A stretch of 47,752 nt of DNA from a virus (IMGVR_UViG_3300034171_000124:1-47752), one strand, 5' to 3'. Shown: positions 28,166-38,205, counted from the stretch's first letter. Notes: generated by a model from the letters alone, not told the origin. Program-made: numbers and translations.

Positions 28166-28831
28166 TTAGTTTTTTTGTACATCTTCCATGAATCCTCTGT
28201 GGACTAATATATTTCTAACTCCATAACGTAAGGTATTATATATTTCGCTCCCCATAAATTCCTTTGAAGTAGGTCGTATTATGGTCTTGAATTCTCTTTC
28301 CAGTGCTTTGAATCTTTTATATAATGTGCTTGCATCATATTTGCTTCTGAAATTCCCTTTTCTTATATCTGAATCAAAATCCTTACCTTCCATGAAGATA
28401 TAAAATTCTATTCCATACTTGTTGATTGAAGTTAGTTCTTGCTTCATCCTGTTGTAGTCGGTTTTTAAAACCTTGGCAAGATATTTTTCACCAAACAAAT
28501 CTATTATTTCTTTCTTAATTTCATTTATGTTTGTCATATTATCCTTTAGATTCATGGCTAATTCATCAATGCAGAACTTTCTTTCAATCACTAGTTCATC
28601 TGTAAAGTAAATATCCCTTAACTGTCCTTCAAAGCTTCCAAGTGGCAAATAACAGCCATAGTCTCCATAGTCTAGCTTCTGAACCTTATATTTTTTCTTA
28701 CTTTTATCAAACCATTCAGTGATGTGACTATTCGCCTGCTCTCTTGAGTCCACCAATATAACCATTTTGTTTAATAATTCGTTTATTTCTTTGTCAGTGA
28801 ATTTATATCGCAACATTATCTCTCCTTTCAT
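28166..28831 (-). CDS. ERCC4-domain nuclease
   Basis: VDSREQ...KLDYGDY...VIERK. Confidence 0.88.
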   Translation of the reverse strand: MKGEIMLRYKFTDKEINELLNKMVILVDSREQANSHITEWFDKSKKKYKVQKLDYGDYGCYLPLGSFEGQLRDIYFTDELVIERKFCIDELAMNLKDNMTNINEIKKEIIDLFGEKYLAKVLKTDYNRMKQELTSINKYGIEFYIFMEGKDFDSDIRKGNFRSKYDASTLYKRFKALEREFKTIIRPTSKEFMGSEIYNTLRYGVRNILVHRGFMEDVQKN

Positions 28832-28848
28832 TTGTTAGTATTATTTCA

Positions 28849-29277
28849 TCAAAACGGGATATCGCCATCATCGATTGGAGTTATATCACTATTACTCCCA
28901 AAACTATAATTATCAGTATTAGAGTTATTAGAATCATTTTGTTTTGAGGCCTGTCCATTACCTTTGCTATCAAGGAAGTCCACCTCGTCGGCTATTACTT
29001 CTGTCTTATATACTTTAATGTTCTCTTTATTCATATAATTCGATGTTTGAATACTACCAGTTACACCTACTTGAGAGCCTTTAGTCATATAGTTTGCAGT
29101 AGCCTCGGCTGTCTTACCAAATACCGTAACTGGAAGAAAATCTGCATCCGGTTGTCCCTCTTTTTTAAATCTCCTATTTACGGCAATCGTAAATTTACAA
29201 ACTGCTGTTCCTGTTCCTTGACCAAATATTAATTCAGGATCTTTTGTCATTCGACCTATTAAAGTAACTTTATTCAA
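28849..29277 (-). CDS. ssb: Single-stranded DNA-binding protein
   Basis: MNKVTLIGRMTKDPEL and acidic tail DDGDIPF. Confidence 0.95.
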   Translation of the reverse strand: MNKVTLIGRMTKDPELIFGQGTGTAVCKFTIAVNRRFKKEGQPDADFLPVTVFGKTAEATANYMTKGSQVGVTGSIQTSNYMNKENIKVYKTEVIADEVDFLDSKGNGQASKQNDSNNSNTDNYSFGSNSDITPIDDGDIPF

Positions 29278-29409
29278 ATTAATCGCCGCCTTTTATTTTT
29301 TTGTCTTTGCATTTACTGCAAGTTTCTATCTCATCGTTGCATTTTTCTGGGGAAGGAATTAATTCTTTACATTCCCCACAAACTTTAATTAAAACTCTTT
29401 TATTGCTCA

Positions 29410-29964
29410 TTATTTTTCACCATCCATAGAGTCAATGAATTTTTGAGCCATTGCTGCAACTTGAATAGATTCAGACGCTAAATTTATAGCATAGTTTTTC
29501 AAGTTTTTAATATGTGTCAATGTGTTATCGGTTTTATCTCTTTTTATATAGCCCCAAGTATTGTCTAACTCGAATTTTATATTTAACATTTCTATTTCAG
29601 CCTCTTCAACCTCTTCTTTGAGAACTGCGTAGCCCTCATGAGTAGAATTAAACAAAGGATGCTTTATCATTGATCTTTGTGATTCTTCATCTGCTAATTT
29701 TAAAACTTGTGATTTTAACTGTTCCATTTTTATAACTGGAATTGTCTCGCCGCAATTTTCACAAATCCAAATTCCTTGGCTATCACTGGAATAATATCTT
29801 GTATTACATCTTGGACATATTCTTTTTTCCACTTTAACTCCTCCGTTTCTTGGTTTTTTTACTAGACATATTTGTAAGTGTTTGCTCCCAAGTCCTGAAA
29901 AATTAAATTTTATACATTGTTCAGCAACATTAAACCTGCAATCTTCACATATATGTTTACTCAT
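29410..29964 (-). CDS. Zn-ribbon plus MazG-like helical protein
   Basis: CxxC pairs then STHEGYAVLKEEVEE...ESIQVAAMA. An internal GGAGG + GTG may be the real start. Confidence 0.55.
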   Translation of the reverse strand: MSKHICEDCRFNVAEQCIKFNFSGLGSKHLQICLVKKPRNGGVKVEKRICPRCNTRYYSSDSQGIWICENCGETIPVIKMEQLKSQVLKLADEESQRSMIKHPLFNSTHEGYAVLKEEVEEAEIEMLNIKFELDNTWGYIKRDKTDNTLTHIKNLKNYAINLASESIQVAAMAQKFIDSMDGEK

Positions 29965-29967
29965 AAT

Positions 29968-30936
29968 TTATAACCTCTCTGACATTTCATTTATTAATCT
30001 TGAAATAGCATTTTTACATTTTCCATGCATTTCAGGGTAATCTTTTTTTATTTCATCCATTACCTCAAGCTCATGCCTAAAAACATTCTGAAGTTCTTCA
30101 AAATAAATTTTAAACTTAAGAACTGGCTGAGTAGTATTCTGACCACTTTTATTTCTAAGTTCTTCAAGCTCTATTGCTATTGCATCAGGTATCTTTTCAA
30201 TAATTACTGGTTCTGCTGTTATTACATCAATAGGTTTTTTTGCTTGTTCTTCAAGTTCATCTATCCTAAGAGCTGAACTGTCCAAATCTCCTTGTGCTTC
30301 TTTAAGAGATGCCTGGAGTCTTTCAACCTCTTCATTGTTCCCAGAAGCTTTTGCTTCTCCAATAAACGTTTGAAGCTTTGCAATTTCTTCACTTGATTTT
30401 TCTTTCTCGCTTTTGAGTAAATCCTTAAGTTTCCTTATATCCTCTTTGGCATTCTCTTTTGATTCTCTTAGCAGATTTTCTGAAACAAATTGTAAGCCTT
30501 CCGCTTTTTTCATAGCACTTGAATATATATCTTTTTCATTTATCGCTTTATCTCTATCCTTGATAGCCTGTTGCAGCTCTTTTGTGGTCATTTCGTTTAC
30601 CGAGTTATTTTCTAAAAATTCTTCTCTTTGTGGTTCTTCTATTTTTGACAATGCAAGTAGCTTAACCATTCCCAAATGTCCTATTTGTGCCATCGATGTC
30701 ACATTGTATCCTTCTGATATTTCAATATATCTATAAGCATTTCGTTTTGAATAATCCAGCTCTTTTTCAACATACTCCTCAAAACTACTGCAACTCTTTT
30801 CTGTATATGTTTTGTTATCTCGGATATATTTAAGCTCATTTCCTATGTTCCACAAACCCATACCAACAAAATTCTCATTACTTTTTATTACTACTTCACT
30901 TTCTGATATTGATTTCAAAATTGCCAACTCATTCAT
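29968..30936 (-). CDS. DUF3102-like protein with coiled coil
   Basis: IGNELKYIR...FEEYV...YSKRNAYRYI...MTTKELQQAIK. Confidence 0.75.
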   Translation of the reverse strand: MNELAILKSISESEVVIKSNENFVGMGLWNIGNELKYIRDNKTYTEKSCSSFEEYVEKELDYSKRNAYRYIEISEGYNVTSMAQIGHLGMVKLLALSKIEEPQREEFLENNSVNEMTTKELQQAIKDRDKAINEKDIYSSAMKKAEGLQFVSENLLRESKENAKEDIRKLKDLLKSEKEKSSEEIAKLQTFIGEAKASGNNEEVERLQASLKEAQGDLDSSALRIDELEEQAKKPIDVITAEPVIIEKIPDAIAIELEELRNKSGQNTTQPVLKFKIYFEELQNVFRHELEVMDEIKKDYPEMHGKCKNAISRLINEMSERL

Positions 30937-30955
30937 AATATTGCCTCCTTTTAAT

Positions 30956-32518
30956 TTAAGCCGGAATAGTTGTTCTGTTTTGGATTGTAACTTTTTTCTT
31001 TTCTAATTTTTTTCTTTTAAATATATTGATAAATTGTTTTACATCTTCGCTTGGCGACCTATTATTTTTACCATGTACCTGAATGATCTTATCCTTTTGG
31101 ACCTCTATAGTGTAATAGGACTTGTCCAATTCCGATACTTTTCGAATAAAGAATATATTAGTTTCACCTTTAGCATATCTGTCTGCATAACCGCCTACGC
31201 AATGTGTAAGTGCTGCTCCCTCTTTAATCAATTCATCAGAACTTTCAGCCGGTCTTATTGATAATCCGTTACATTCAAACATATATTTAGCCAAGAGCTT
31301 AACTCTATTTTTTATTAACACATCGAGTTTTTCATCTTTTTGCATTTTAATTTGTTTAATAGTATTTTGATGAGCAGTGAAAAGGTCTCTTGGATAGATA
31401 ATTTGGTCCTTTGTAGTATCCATTTCAAGTTTAATACAATCTGATATATAATCTCTGAAAGTTGAGAGCACACTGCTTTTACCATGATAATGTTTTCCTG
31501 TTTTGTAAATGTTATAGTTATCGAATTGCTTTGAGAAATAATTTAAAAGTTTCTTCATGGAGCTATACTTTAATGCATACTGTAAAGAGTCATAGCAACA
31601 TAAATAGTCTTTTGCTACACTAATAGTCTCTTCTAGTGTCAATTTCCAGTCTCTTTTTTTAGCATCTTGAAAAATCTTTAAAAAGGAGAATGTTACATTT
31701 ATCTTTTGAGCTCTTATTTCTTTTAAATCTTGCTTATTCACTTTTAGTATCTTGAATATAGTTTTTCCTCTCCAGTTTATAGTTCTATATGTGAGGCCTC
31801 CGTCAAGCTTGTTTTGTACTAAGTCCTTGTAGCCTTCTTTTGTCAGATATTCAACAACAGGAAATTTAGTATAGAACTCGAAAAACTTAGTCATATCACC
31901 GCTGTAGTAACAATTCCATTGACTGTATTTGAAAGGAGTATCTTTAATTGCTGATTCAATACTTTCCCTTGAATAACTTACCCTAGCACCTCTTTGCTCG
32001 AATGGTCCTGCTAATGAACAGATACTGCTCGTTCGGTCAAACCTATCGCCATAGTAATTTTTTTTCAACATTGTACTTTGGCCCTTAATTGCATCAAACA
32101 CATACATAGCCATTAAAAAGTAATCCGTTTTCACCCTGGTATAATCATATCTGTAATCCCTTTGGGCTTGGATACCTCTTGCTATAAGCACGTTTGGGTC
32201 TTTAATAGACTTTTCATAGTAGACAAAATATACAGTATCAATCATATATTTCCTGCCCATTCCACCTGATTTCACCATTACCTTACTTTTACAGTTAGGA
32301 CAAGTAGTTTCTTCATTGTGCTTTAAACTATATGTCTTGAATTCCATTCCACAATGAGTGCAGAATCCATACTGTTGCTTTTTATCTTTTCTAGTAAATA
32401 TATACCTGCTAAATTTAAAAGCCTTTTCTATCGCATATTTCTTTACTCCATCACTTATATCGTTTGGAAAATGTTCGGTATATTCTTTATTTCTAGCATC
32501 TACTTCCAATACATTCAT
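30956..32518 (-). CDS. PcfJ-domain protein
   Basis: N-terminal Zn ribbon; C-terminal LIKEGAALTHCVGGY...IFFIRK...YYTIEV...QVHGKNN. Confidence 0.88.
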   Translation of the reverse strand: MNVLEVDARNKEYTEHFPNDISDGVKKYAIEKAFKFSRYIFTRKDKKQQYGFCTHCGMEFKTYSLKHNEETTCPNCKSKVMVKSGGMGRKYMIDTVYFVYYEKSIKDPNVLIARGIQAQRDYRYDYTRVKTDYFLMAMYVFDAIKGQSTMLKKNYYGDRFDRTSSICSLAGPFEQRGARVSYSRESIESAIKDTPFKYSQWNCYYSGDMTKFFEFYTKFPVVEYLTKEGYKDLVQNKLDGGLTYRTINWRGKTIFKILKVNKQDLKEIRAQKINVTFSFLKIFQDAKKRDWKLTLEETISVAKDYLCCYDSLQYALKYSSMKKLLNYFSKQFDNYNIYKTGKHYHGKSSVLSTFRDYISDCIKLEMDTTKDQIIYPRDLFTAHQNTIKQIKMQKDEKLDVLIKNRVKLLAKYMFECNGLSIRPAESSDELIKEGAALTHCVGGYADRYAKGETNIFFIRKVSELDKSYYTIEVQKDKIIQVHGKNNRSPSEDVKQFINIFKRKKLEKKKVTIQNRTTIPA

Positions 32519-32521
32519 CTC

Positions 32522-32893
32522 CTAAAAATCAAGTTCAATTTTAAATTCAATGTTAGATTTTTCTTTTTTTATGATAGGAATTTCCACTATCGGCTCTTGT
32601 ACCTTTGAAACTTTATTCGTAATGGAGGAATCAATTCCAAAATATTTTAAAACTATTCCAAATCCTTCTTCTGGATTTACCATACCGCACCTATCTATTT
32701 GTCTTTTTTGTGCAATTTTTCTCATTTCAGCAATAGATCCTTTTATTGTTTTGTCTGCAACAAGTATTTTTTCAACAGCTACAGGGTCAGTATTTAATTT
32801 TTCTATAAGAAACTCCCCAACATATTTAATGTTTATGTCATTTTTTTCTTTCTCTATTTCTGCCTTTAATTTTTCAATTGCTTTTGCTAACAT
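32522..32893 (-). CDS. PcfK-like protein
   Basis: KTIKGSIAEMRKIAQKR...EEGFGIVLKYF; directly upstream of PcfJ. Confidence 0.7.
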   Translation of the reverse strand: MLAKAIEKLKAEIEKEKNDINIKYVGEFLIEKLNTDPVAVEKILVADKTIKGSIAEMRKIAQKRQIDRCGMVNPEEGFGIVLKYFGIDSSITNKVSKVQEPIVEIPIIKKEKSNIEFKIELDF

Positions 32894-33106
32894 AATTTAA
32901 TTACCCCCTAATAAAATATTTCAATTACTAAAACTAAATAGTATGCTAGGCAGTATCCAAGCACCGCCCCAGCCACTAAACTATAAATATACCTCCCTAT
33001 TTGTCGCATCCGTTTTTCCTTTCGTACTCGCTCGTTTTCTCACTAATCATATAAAGAGTAGTTATAATCAATCCAATCCAAACTATTAATACCCCAATTA
33101 CTATTT

Positions 33107-33307
33107 TCAAAACTTCCGCCCCCTCATTCTCTTTTCCATGTAATGAGCATAATTATTAGCTTCTGTGTCCCTCAAAATTGTTAATCTTAAAGCTTCTTTT
33201 TTCTTAGATTGAATAGCTGCATACATTTCTAAAGCTTTATCGTGGTTATTCATGGTTTTTCTCAAATTCGATATTGTGTAAAAGAAACTCTTCAAAATCT
33301 GTATCAC
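33107..33307 (-). CDS. Small hypothetical protein
   Basis: Short ORF in the early operon; start uncertain (probably MNNHDK). Confidence 0.45.
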   Translation of the reverse strand: MIQILKSFFYTISNLRKTMNNHDKALEMYAAIQSKKKEALRLTILRDTEANNYAHYMEKRMRGRKF

Positions 33308-33467
33308 TAATAATTTCAGTGCGTTCAGGCATAAACCAACCTTTTAAGTTATATATTGTGGACCTACAAGCTGCGTTTATTTGTGTCTCTGTTAACTCTT
33401 CTAATTCTTTAAAAGTGTTCACTCCCAACCCCTCCAATTTATTCGTAAATTCCCAAACCTCGCTCAT
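33246..33467 (-). CDS. Hypothetical protein
   Basis: 73-aa ORF overlapping the nuclease stop. Confidence 0.55.
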   Translation of the reverse strand: MSEVWEFTNKLEGLGVNTFKELEELTETQINAACRSTIYNLKGWFMPERTEIISDTDFEEFLLHNIEFEKNHE

Positions 33468-34254
33468 ATTCCAGTATGCTTATAGGCTTTTCAATCTTCT
33501 TGATACTCCTACAATAATCACATTTGCCACAAAATATCGGTTCCAATTCTCCATCTCTTACCGCTACAATGTGCTCTAGTCTACTTTCAATTTCTGATAA
33601 TTTATCATCTATAAATGATTTTCCCATGTAGATAACTTCGTGATCAGGAACCTCTTGCTTATCCACAACTATTAAATAAGGTTCTAAATAATCCACAAGT
33701 CCTGTGTTTTGTTTTAAAATCTGTGCATAAATTGCTATTTGTGTCTGATAATCATACTTGTTTATAAAGGTTTCTTTGCTTCTAATATCATTATTCCAGT
33801 ACGTTTCGCTCAATCCCTTAGTTGTTTTTATATCAGCAAAGTATCCCTTTTCTAAGTTCAAAATATCTACTTGAATCTTAAAATCTACTCCGGCAATTTT
33901 ACCAACGAATATTTGTTCCTTTTTACCCTCTCGTATTTGTTCCACCAGAGGATCATTTCTCAGTACCTCAATCATTTTATCCCCAAGTGCATATTTTGCT
34001 AACATGGAACCATCCTTTTTAAATAGTTCTGGATGGTCTGCTGTGAACTCTCTTAATTCTTCTGAACTCCAAGCATGTACATAACTTCCAAGTAGGAAAG
34101 CTGGGTTATCTTTTTCTATCCATATACCATTACGCTTTGCAACCTCTTTGGCTTCACATCCTCCATGGAATATGTCCCAAGCCTTAAAAGATGATGAACC
34201 CATATACAAGAGTTCGGCTTCTGTGCTAAAGTAATTTTCTCTAGTTAATTCCAT
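33439..34254 (-). CDS. PD-(D/E)XK exonuclease (DUF3799/RecE-like)
   Basis: LTRENYFS, GSYVH, VDIL...ADIKT, QIAIY and CGKCDYCR. Confidence 0.85.
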   Translation of the reverse strand: MELTRENYFSTEAELLYMGSSSFKAWDIFHGGCEAKEVAKRNGIWIEKDNPAFLLGSYVHAWSSEELREFTADHPELFKKDGSMLAKYALGDKMIEVLRNDPLVEQIREGKKEQIFVGKIAGVDFKIQVDILNLEKGYFADIKTTKGLSETYWNNDIRSKETFINKYDYQTQIAIYAQILKQNTGLVDYLEPYLIVVDKQEVPDHEVIYMGKSFIDDKLSEIESRLEHIVAVRDGELEPIFCGKCDYCRSIKKIEKPISILEYERGLGIYE

Positions 34255-34579
34255 CAGTTTTCACCTCTTCTTGTGGCATTTCATAAATAAATATTGAAGA
34301 TTCATATTCATTAAGAGCTATAGTTCTTGTAAGAGAAGCTAGTTTTAATCTTTCAATCACTGTGATTCTCTTTTTCATATTGTCTAACACTTTTACAGCA
34401 CTTTCGTTGTCTTTATATACTCCAAGTTGCACTCCGCTATGCTCTTCATCACTCGTGATTGCATAAATGGAGGTACGGTCTAGTTGAATTCTATTAGCAT
34501 CAATCAGTTCAGTTTTGTCTTGACTCTCAATCCACATTACTATCACCATCCTCTGGAAACTCTTCATAATTTGTTTCAA
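34241..34579 (-). CDS. Hypothetical protein
   Basis: MWIESQDK...LGVYK...YEMPQE phage-type pattern; start likely at MWIES. Confidence 0.65.
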   Translation of the reverse strand: MKQIMKSFQRMVIVMWIESQDKTELIDANRIQLDRTSIYAITSDEEHSGVQLGVYKDNESAVKVLDNMKKRITVIERLKLASLTRTIALNEYESSIFIYEMPQEEVKTDGIN

Positions 34580-35345
34580 TTATATTTTCATCTGTTTCGA
34601 CTTTATCAGTTTTAAAGGTATCAGGTACTTCTTCATTTACCTTTTTATCTTTTTTAAAATCCATATCTGAACTTTCTTCAAATATCTTAGCTTGTTCTAT
34701 AGAGGAAAAATCCTTTTCTATCTTTTTAGTCAATCTTCTCAATACTGTTTTTTTATACATTTCCCCTGGAGTTTGCACCCAAGCCTTTGAATACTCTCCA
34801 GTTTTATAAGATTTTTGTGAGAAATTAATTTTAATGTTTTCAATTTCTTCGGTACTCATTGTTTCATATTCCATTCCATTATCTTGATACAAAACTACTG
34901 CAAAGGCTCCTATGATTTTATTATTGTTAAAACTAAGCGGCTTAAAGTTTATACTTTGTTGCCCTCTTAATATCTCTTCTTCAAACAAATCGCCCTCTTG
35001 TACTATCTTTGCGTATATGTCTTTAATGGCTCGTATACTATGTTTTTTAGCTAATTTAGTTTCTCCCTTATAATCTGTACGGAATTGCAACTCTCCTTTA
35101 ACTGGTATCGCATAGCATTCCTTTTGGAAGAAATCTAGCCCTAGGAATGCACCTTTGAGTAAAGTTCTAGCTATGCTGTTAGGCTGACAAGTTTCTATGT
35201 TGTAGGTGTCTTGCATTACTGTCATACAATTTTGTAGAAACCTAGTTTGATTAAAGTCATTCGGCATAGCATCTATTTTACTTACCAATAATCTATTTAA
35301 TTCATTTGCAGTGCCTTGCAGCACTAAGCTTTTTTTATCTGCCAT
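34527..35345 (-). CDS. recT: RecT-family single-strand annealing protein
   Basis: KGAFLGLDF, DYKGE and EMYKKTVLRRLTK; paired with an exonuclease. Confidence 0.9.
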   Translation of the reverse strand: MADKKSLVLQGTANELNRLLVSKIDAMPNDFNQTRFLQNCMTVMQDTYNIETCQPNSIARTLLKGAFLGLDFFQKECYAIPVKGELQFRTDYKGETKLAKKHSIRAIKDIYAKIVQEGDLFEEEILRGQQSINFKPLSFNNNKIIGAFAVVLYQDNGMEYETMSTEEIENIKINFSQKSYKTGEYSKAWVQTPGEMYKKTVLRRLTKKIEKDFSSIEQAKIFEESSDMDFKKDKKVNEEVPDTFKTDKVETDENIIETNYEEFPEDGDSNVD

Positions 35346-35537
35346 TTATATTTCCTCACTTTCTTGTGATACTTTCCACCATGAAGGAGTTTCTTCTGAT
35401 TCTATTAAACAAGCATAATTCCCATTGTGATCGTTATGAAATCTGCAATTTCCACAATGTAAATTTTTCTTACATTCTTCACTTAATTCTGATATAGCTT
35501 GTAATATTTCTGATTTTTTCATCCTATTTACCTCCAA
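35346..35537 (-). CDS. Small Cys-rich protein
   Basis: C...CGNCRF...C...PSWW. Confidence 0.6.
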   Translation of the reverse strand: MEVNRMKKSEILQAISELSEECKKNLHCGNCRFHNDHNGNYACLIESEETPSWWKVSQESEEI

Positions 35538-37221
35538 CTATTTCTAATTCTTTTTCCTTAACAATAGTTACAAATGCTTGAATATCGTTAACTTCGCAAA
35601 TGTCTAAAACTTTCTTTTGCTCTGATTCATTTAATCTTTCAAATCCATCCAAGCACATTATTTTAAGTTCGCCCATCCTCTGAAGAGATATATTGAATGC
35701 TACTTCTAGCTTTTCTCCATCACTCAAGCCATCCAATAGAGTTCCATGAATTCTAATCATTCCTTTTTCATCTACACCAATACCATTGATAGGTAGTTTA
35801 TGAGTTTTTAAAAGGTCCGCGGGCTTCTGTCTAGCGATATTAATCTGTTCAGTGAATAATGCACTGGAAACTTTTTTCTCTGCTAATTGTCCGTTAATGA
35901 TGCTCTGTAGCCTGTCCCATTCCCTAAGATAACCCTTCATGGTTTCTACTTCGCTGGCTTCAATTTGTAATGGCTTAATATCAATTTCTTCATGCTCCAT
36001 TAGATATTTTTTAGACTTTTCTACTTTTATAGTAGCTTCATCAATTTTGTTTTTAGATTCTTTTTCAATAGATGAAAACTCAATTTCTTTTTTCTCATTA
36101 AGTCCTGATAGCTGTGATTCTTTAACAGATATTCTGCTATATTCAACTTGTATTTTTTCTTTATTTTCATATTTTATAGTCTCTGATATTTTTTCAAAGT
36201 TCTCATTTTCATTTTTAAAATCCTTTTTAACCATAACAATTCTTTCTTTATAGCCATCCTTTAGTTGCTGCAATTTCACTTGTAATTCATTTTCTATCTC
36301 TGCTAAATCCTTTTGATGTTTAAATTCATTTCTGTCTAAATTGTCTTTTAGGTCCTCTGTACTTTTATTAGACTCTTCTGTAGCTTTTTCAATTTTACTT
36401 TTACTTAAAGTGATGATATCTTTAATATCCGATTCCATTCCCCTATATTTCAAGGTAATGGAAGATTTTTGATTGTCCGATTCTTGCCCAATAACTTCAA
36501 TTTTATTATCAAAGCCCTTTTGCAATTCCTTAGCCTTTTCAATCCATCCATTAACTTCTTTTGCTTTGTCCACTTTAGAATAATACTCCTGGAGGTTTTT
36601 ATTTTCCCATTCGCTACCCACATAATTAGCCGGCAACTCTTTCTCAATAGCATTACACTGAATTTGTAGGACTTGTATCTGCCTGTTAATCTCTGTACGT
36701 TCTGCGAAAGATTTAGTTTCTATATCTTTAAGAATCTGTAATATGTGCTTATCATAATTGATGCCAAGGACTTCACTTCCAAACCATGCTGTTATATCTT
36801 CCATGGTCCAGTTAACTTGGATCATGTTTAAGATAATTTCCGTCTGCTGCTTAATGTCCATAGTTACGAAATCTAAAGGTCTGAATATATCACCACTGAT
36901 TAACTTCCTTAACTCTTTTTCTGTAGAATTAATTGCCTTACCCTCTTGCCTAAGTTTCATGTAATCAGCCTTACCGCTTCTAATTTTTCTATCTATTTCT
37001 AAGCCGTTGTCACATTCAATGTACAATGTAGCCTCTTCCTTGCCGTGTCTTATAACTTCTGTTCTTCTCCTTGTATTACTGAATGCTGTTTCTATAGCTT
37101 CAAGTACACTTGTTTTTCCACTACCTTTTACACCTTCTAAAATATTTATTCCGGGATTTGGATTCCAATTAAGTTCTTCTAAACCCACATACCCACCAAT
37201 TTTTAATGCTTTAATTTTCAT
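35524..37221 (-). CDS. SMC/Rad50-like ABC ATPase
   Basis: Walker A GVKGSGKTS, long coiled coil, signature LSDGE, Walker B MCLDGFE. Confidence 0.88.
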   Translation of the reverse strand: MKIKALKIGGYVGLEELNWNPNPGINILEGVKGSGKTSVLEAIETAFSNTRRRTEVIRHGKEEATLYIECDNGLEIDRKIRSGKADYMKLRQEGKAINSTEKELRKLISGDIFRPLDFVTMDIKQQTEIILNMIQVNWTMEDITAWFGSEVLGINYDKHILQILKDIETKSFAERTEINRQIQVLQIQCNAIEKELPANYVGSEWENKNLQEYYSKVDKAKEVNGWIEKAKELQKGFDNKIEVIGQESDNQKSSITLKYRGMESDIKDIITLSKSKIEKATEESNKSTEDLKDNLDRNEFKHQKDLAEIENELQVKLQQLKDGYKERIVMVKKDFKNENENFEKISETIKYENKEKIQVEYSRISVKESQLSGLNEKKEIEFSSIEKESKNKIDEATIKVEKSKKYLMEHEEIDIKPLQIEASEVETMKGYLREWDRLQSIINGQLAEKKVSSALFTEQINIARQKPADLLKTHKLPINGIGVDEKGMIRIHGTLLDGLSDGEKLEVAFNISLQRMGELKIMCLDGFERLNESEQKKVLDICEVNDIQAFVTIVKEKELEIVGGK

Positions 37222-37376
37222 TGCATTACCTCCCTATATCTCAAACCCATTCTTCTTACAATTAACCTGTCAAGTTCCTCTGATACCTTTATAGTTTTTT
37301 CATCCAATAATCCATTACTTTTAATAGCTTGATAGAGAACTTCTTTTTTTATTTCAATTTCGTTATCTAAGCTCAT
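37218..37376 (-). CDS. Spo0E-family aspartyl-phosphate phosphatase-like protein (52 aa)
   Basis: RBS GGAGGA; MSLDNEIEIKKEVLYQAIKSNGLLDEKTIKVSEELDRLIVRRMGLRYREVMQ, where SEELD matches the SQELD family motif. ATGA overlap with the next gene; below the ORF-track cutoff. Confidence 0.75.
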   Translation of the reverse strand: MSLDNEIEIKKEVLYQAIKSNGLLDEKTIKVSEELDRLIVRRMGLRYREVMQ

Positions 37377-37389
37377 TTTTATCCTCCAT

Positions 37390-37521
37390 TTATTTATCTT
37401 TTAAAACCTCAACAATGATTTTTATAGAATCGTCAATATACTCATCTGCTGTATTAGGTCCATCTATTGACCTTAAATTCTTCAATACTTCTTCAAGTGC
37501 TTGTCTATATTCATTTTTCAC
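37390..37521 (-). CDS. Small hypothetical protein (43 aa)
   Basis: GAGGG RBS, GTG start, MKNEYRQALEEVLKNLRSIDG... Confidence 0.5.
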   Translation of the reverse strand: MKNEYRQALEEVLKNLRSIDGPNTADEYIDDSIKIIVEVLKDK

Positions 37522-37560
37522 CTATACACCCTCACTTTCTGTGATATAATATGTTTAAGT

Positions 37561-37683
37561 TTATTTTCTATGGACACTTTGGCGAGTGTCTATTTTTATT
37601 GGACCTAATATTGCATCTACTATTAAGGTGGTACCCACTAATAACAATATAAAAACTGCTGGTAGAATTAAAATGTAAAACAT
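37561..37683 (-). CDS. Small single-TM protein (40 aa)
   Basis: MFYILILPAVFILLLVGTTLIVDAILGPIKIDTRQSVHRK; TAATG overlap with the upstream gene. Confidence 0.5.
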   Translation of the reverse strand: MFYILILPAVFILLLVGTTLIVDAILGPIKIDTRQSVHRK

Positions 37684-38027
37684 TATCTTGTACCTCTGAA
37701 AACATAAGATTTTCTAGGGACATTATTTTTTGTACGCTCAACTTTTACAATATAAGCAAGTCCGTACCCTTCAATATAGGTTTTGATTGTTGAATGATTA
37801 CTTTTGAATATCGTTGCAAGTTCTTTGCTATCAAGTCCTTCATAAAAGAGTTTTTTTAATTTGGATTCTATCATTTTTGACTTATTTCTGTTTAAATCAA
37901 ATTTTTTAATCCAAGTATAAATCGTACTCATGGATACGAAATATTTGCCTGCTAATTCTTCAAAACTTAATCCTTTGAAATATGCTTTTTCAAAATCCTC
38001 TTTGTTGGGTACCTTTACCATAACCAT
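37683..38027 (-). CDS. Tandem-HTH DNA-binding protein
   Basis: Two repeats: GLSFEELAGKYFVSMSTIYTWI and GLDSKELATIFKSNHSTIKTYI. Confidence 0.7.
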   Translation of the reverse strand: MVMVKVPNKEDFEKAYFKGLSFEELAGKYFVSMSTIYTWIKKFDLNRNKSKMIESKLKKLFYEGLDSKELATIFKSNHSTIKTYIEGYGLAYIVKVERTKNNVPRKSYVFRGTR

Positions 38028-38205
38028 AATTATTCTCCTTTATAAATTGTCTTGCAGTTCGATATACTAAAAATGAAAAATAACATTTATTACAGGTATA
38101 ATTTTTACGTTTACTGCTTCTTTTAACATTTCTAGCTTGCTTTAAATTTTCCACCTTTATAACCTTGCTTGTCCTACATTTTGCACATTTAATTTTAACT
38201 ACCAT
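37990..38205 (-). CDS. Small Zn-binding protein
   Basis: CAKC...CNKC. Confidence 0.5.
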   Translation of the reverse strand: MVVKIKCAKCRTSKVIKVENLKQARNVKRSSKRKNYTCNKCYFSFLVYRTARQFIKENNYGYGKGTQQRGF

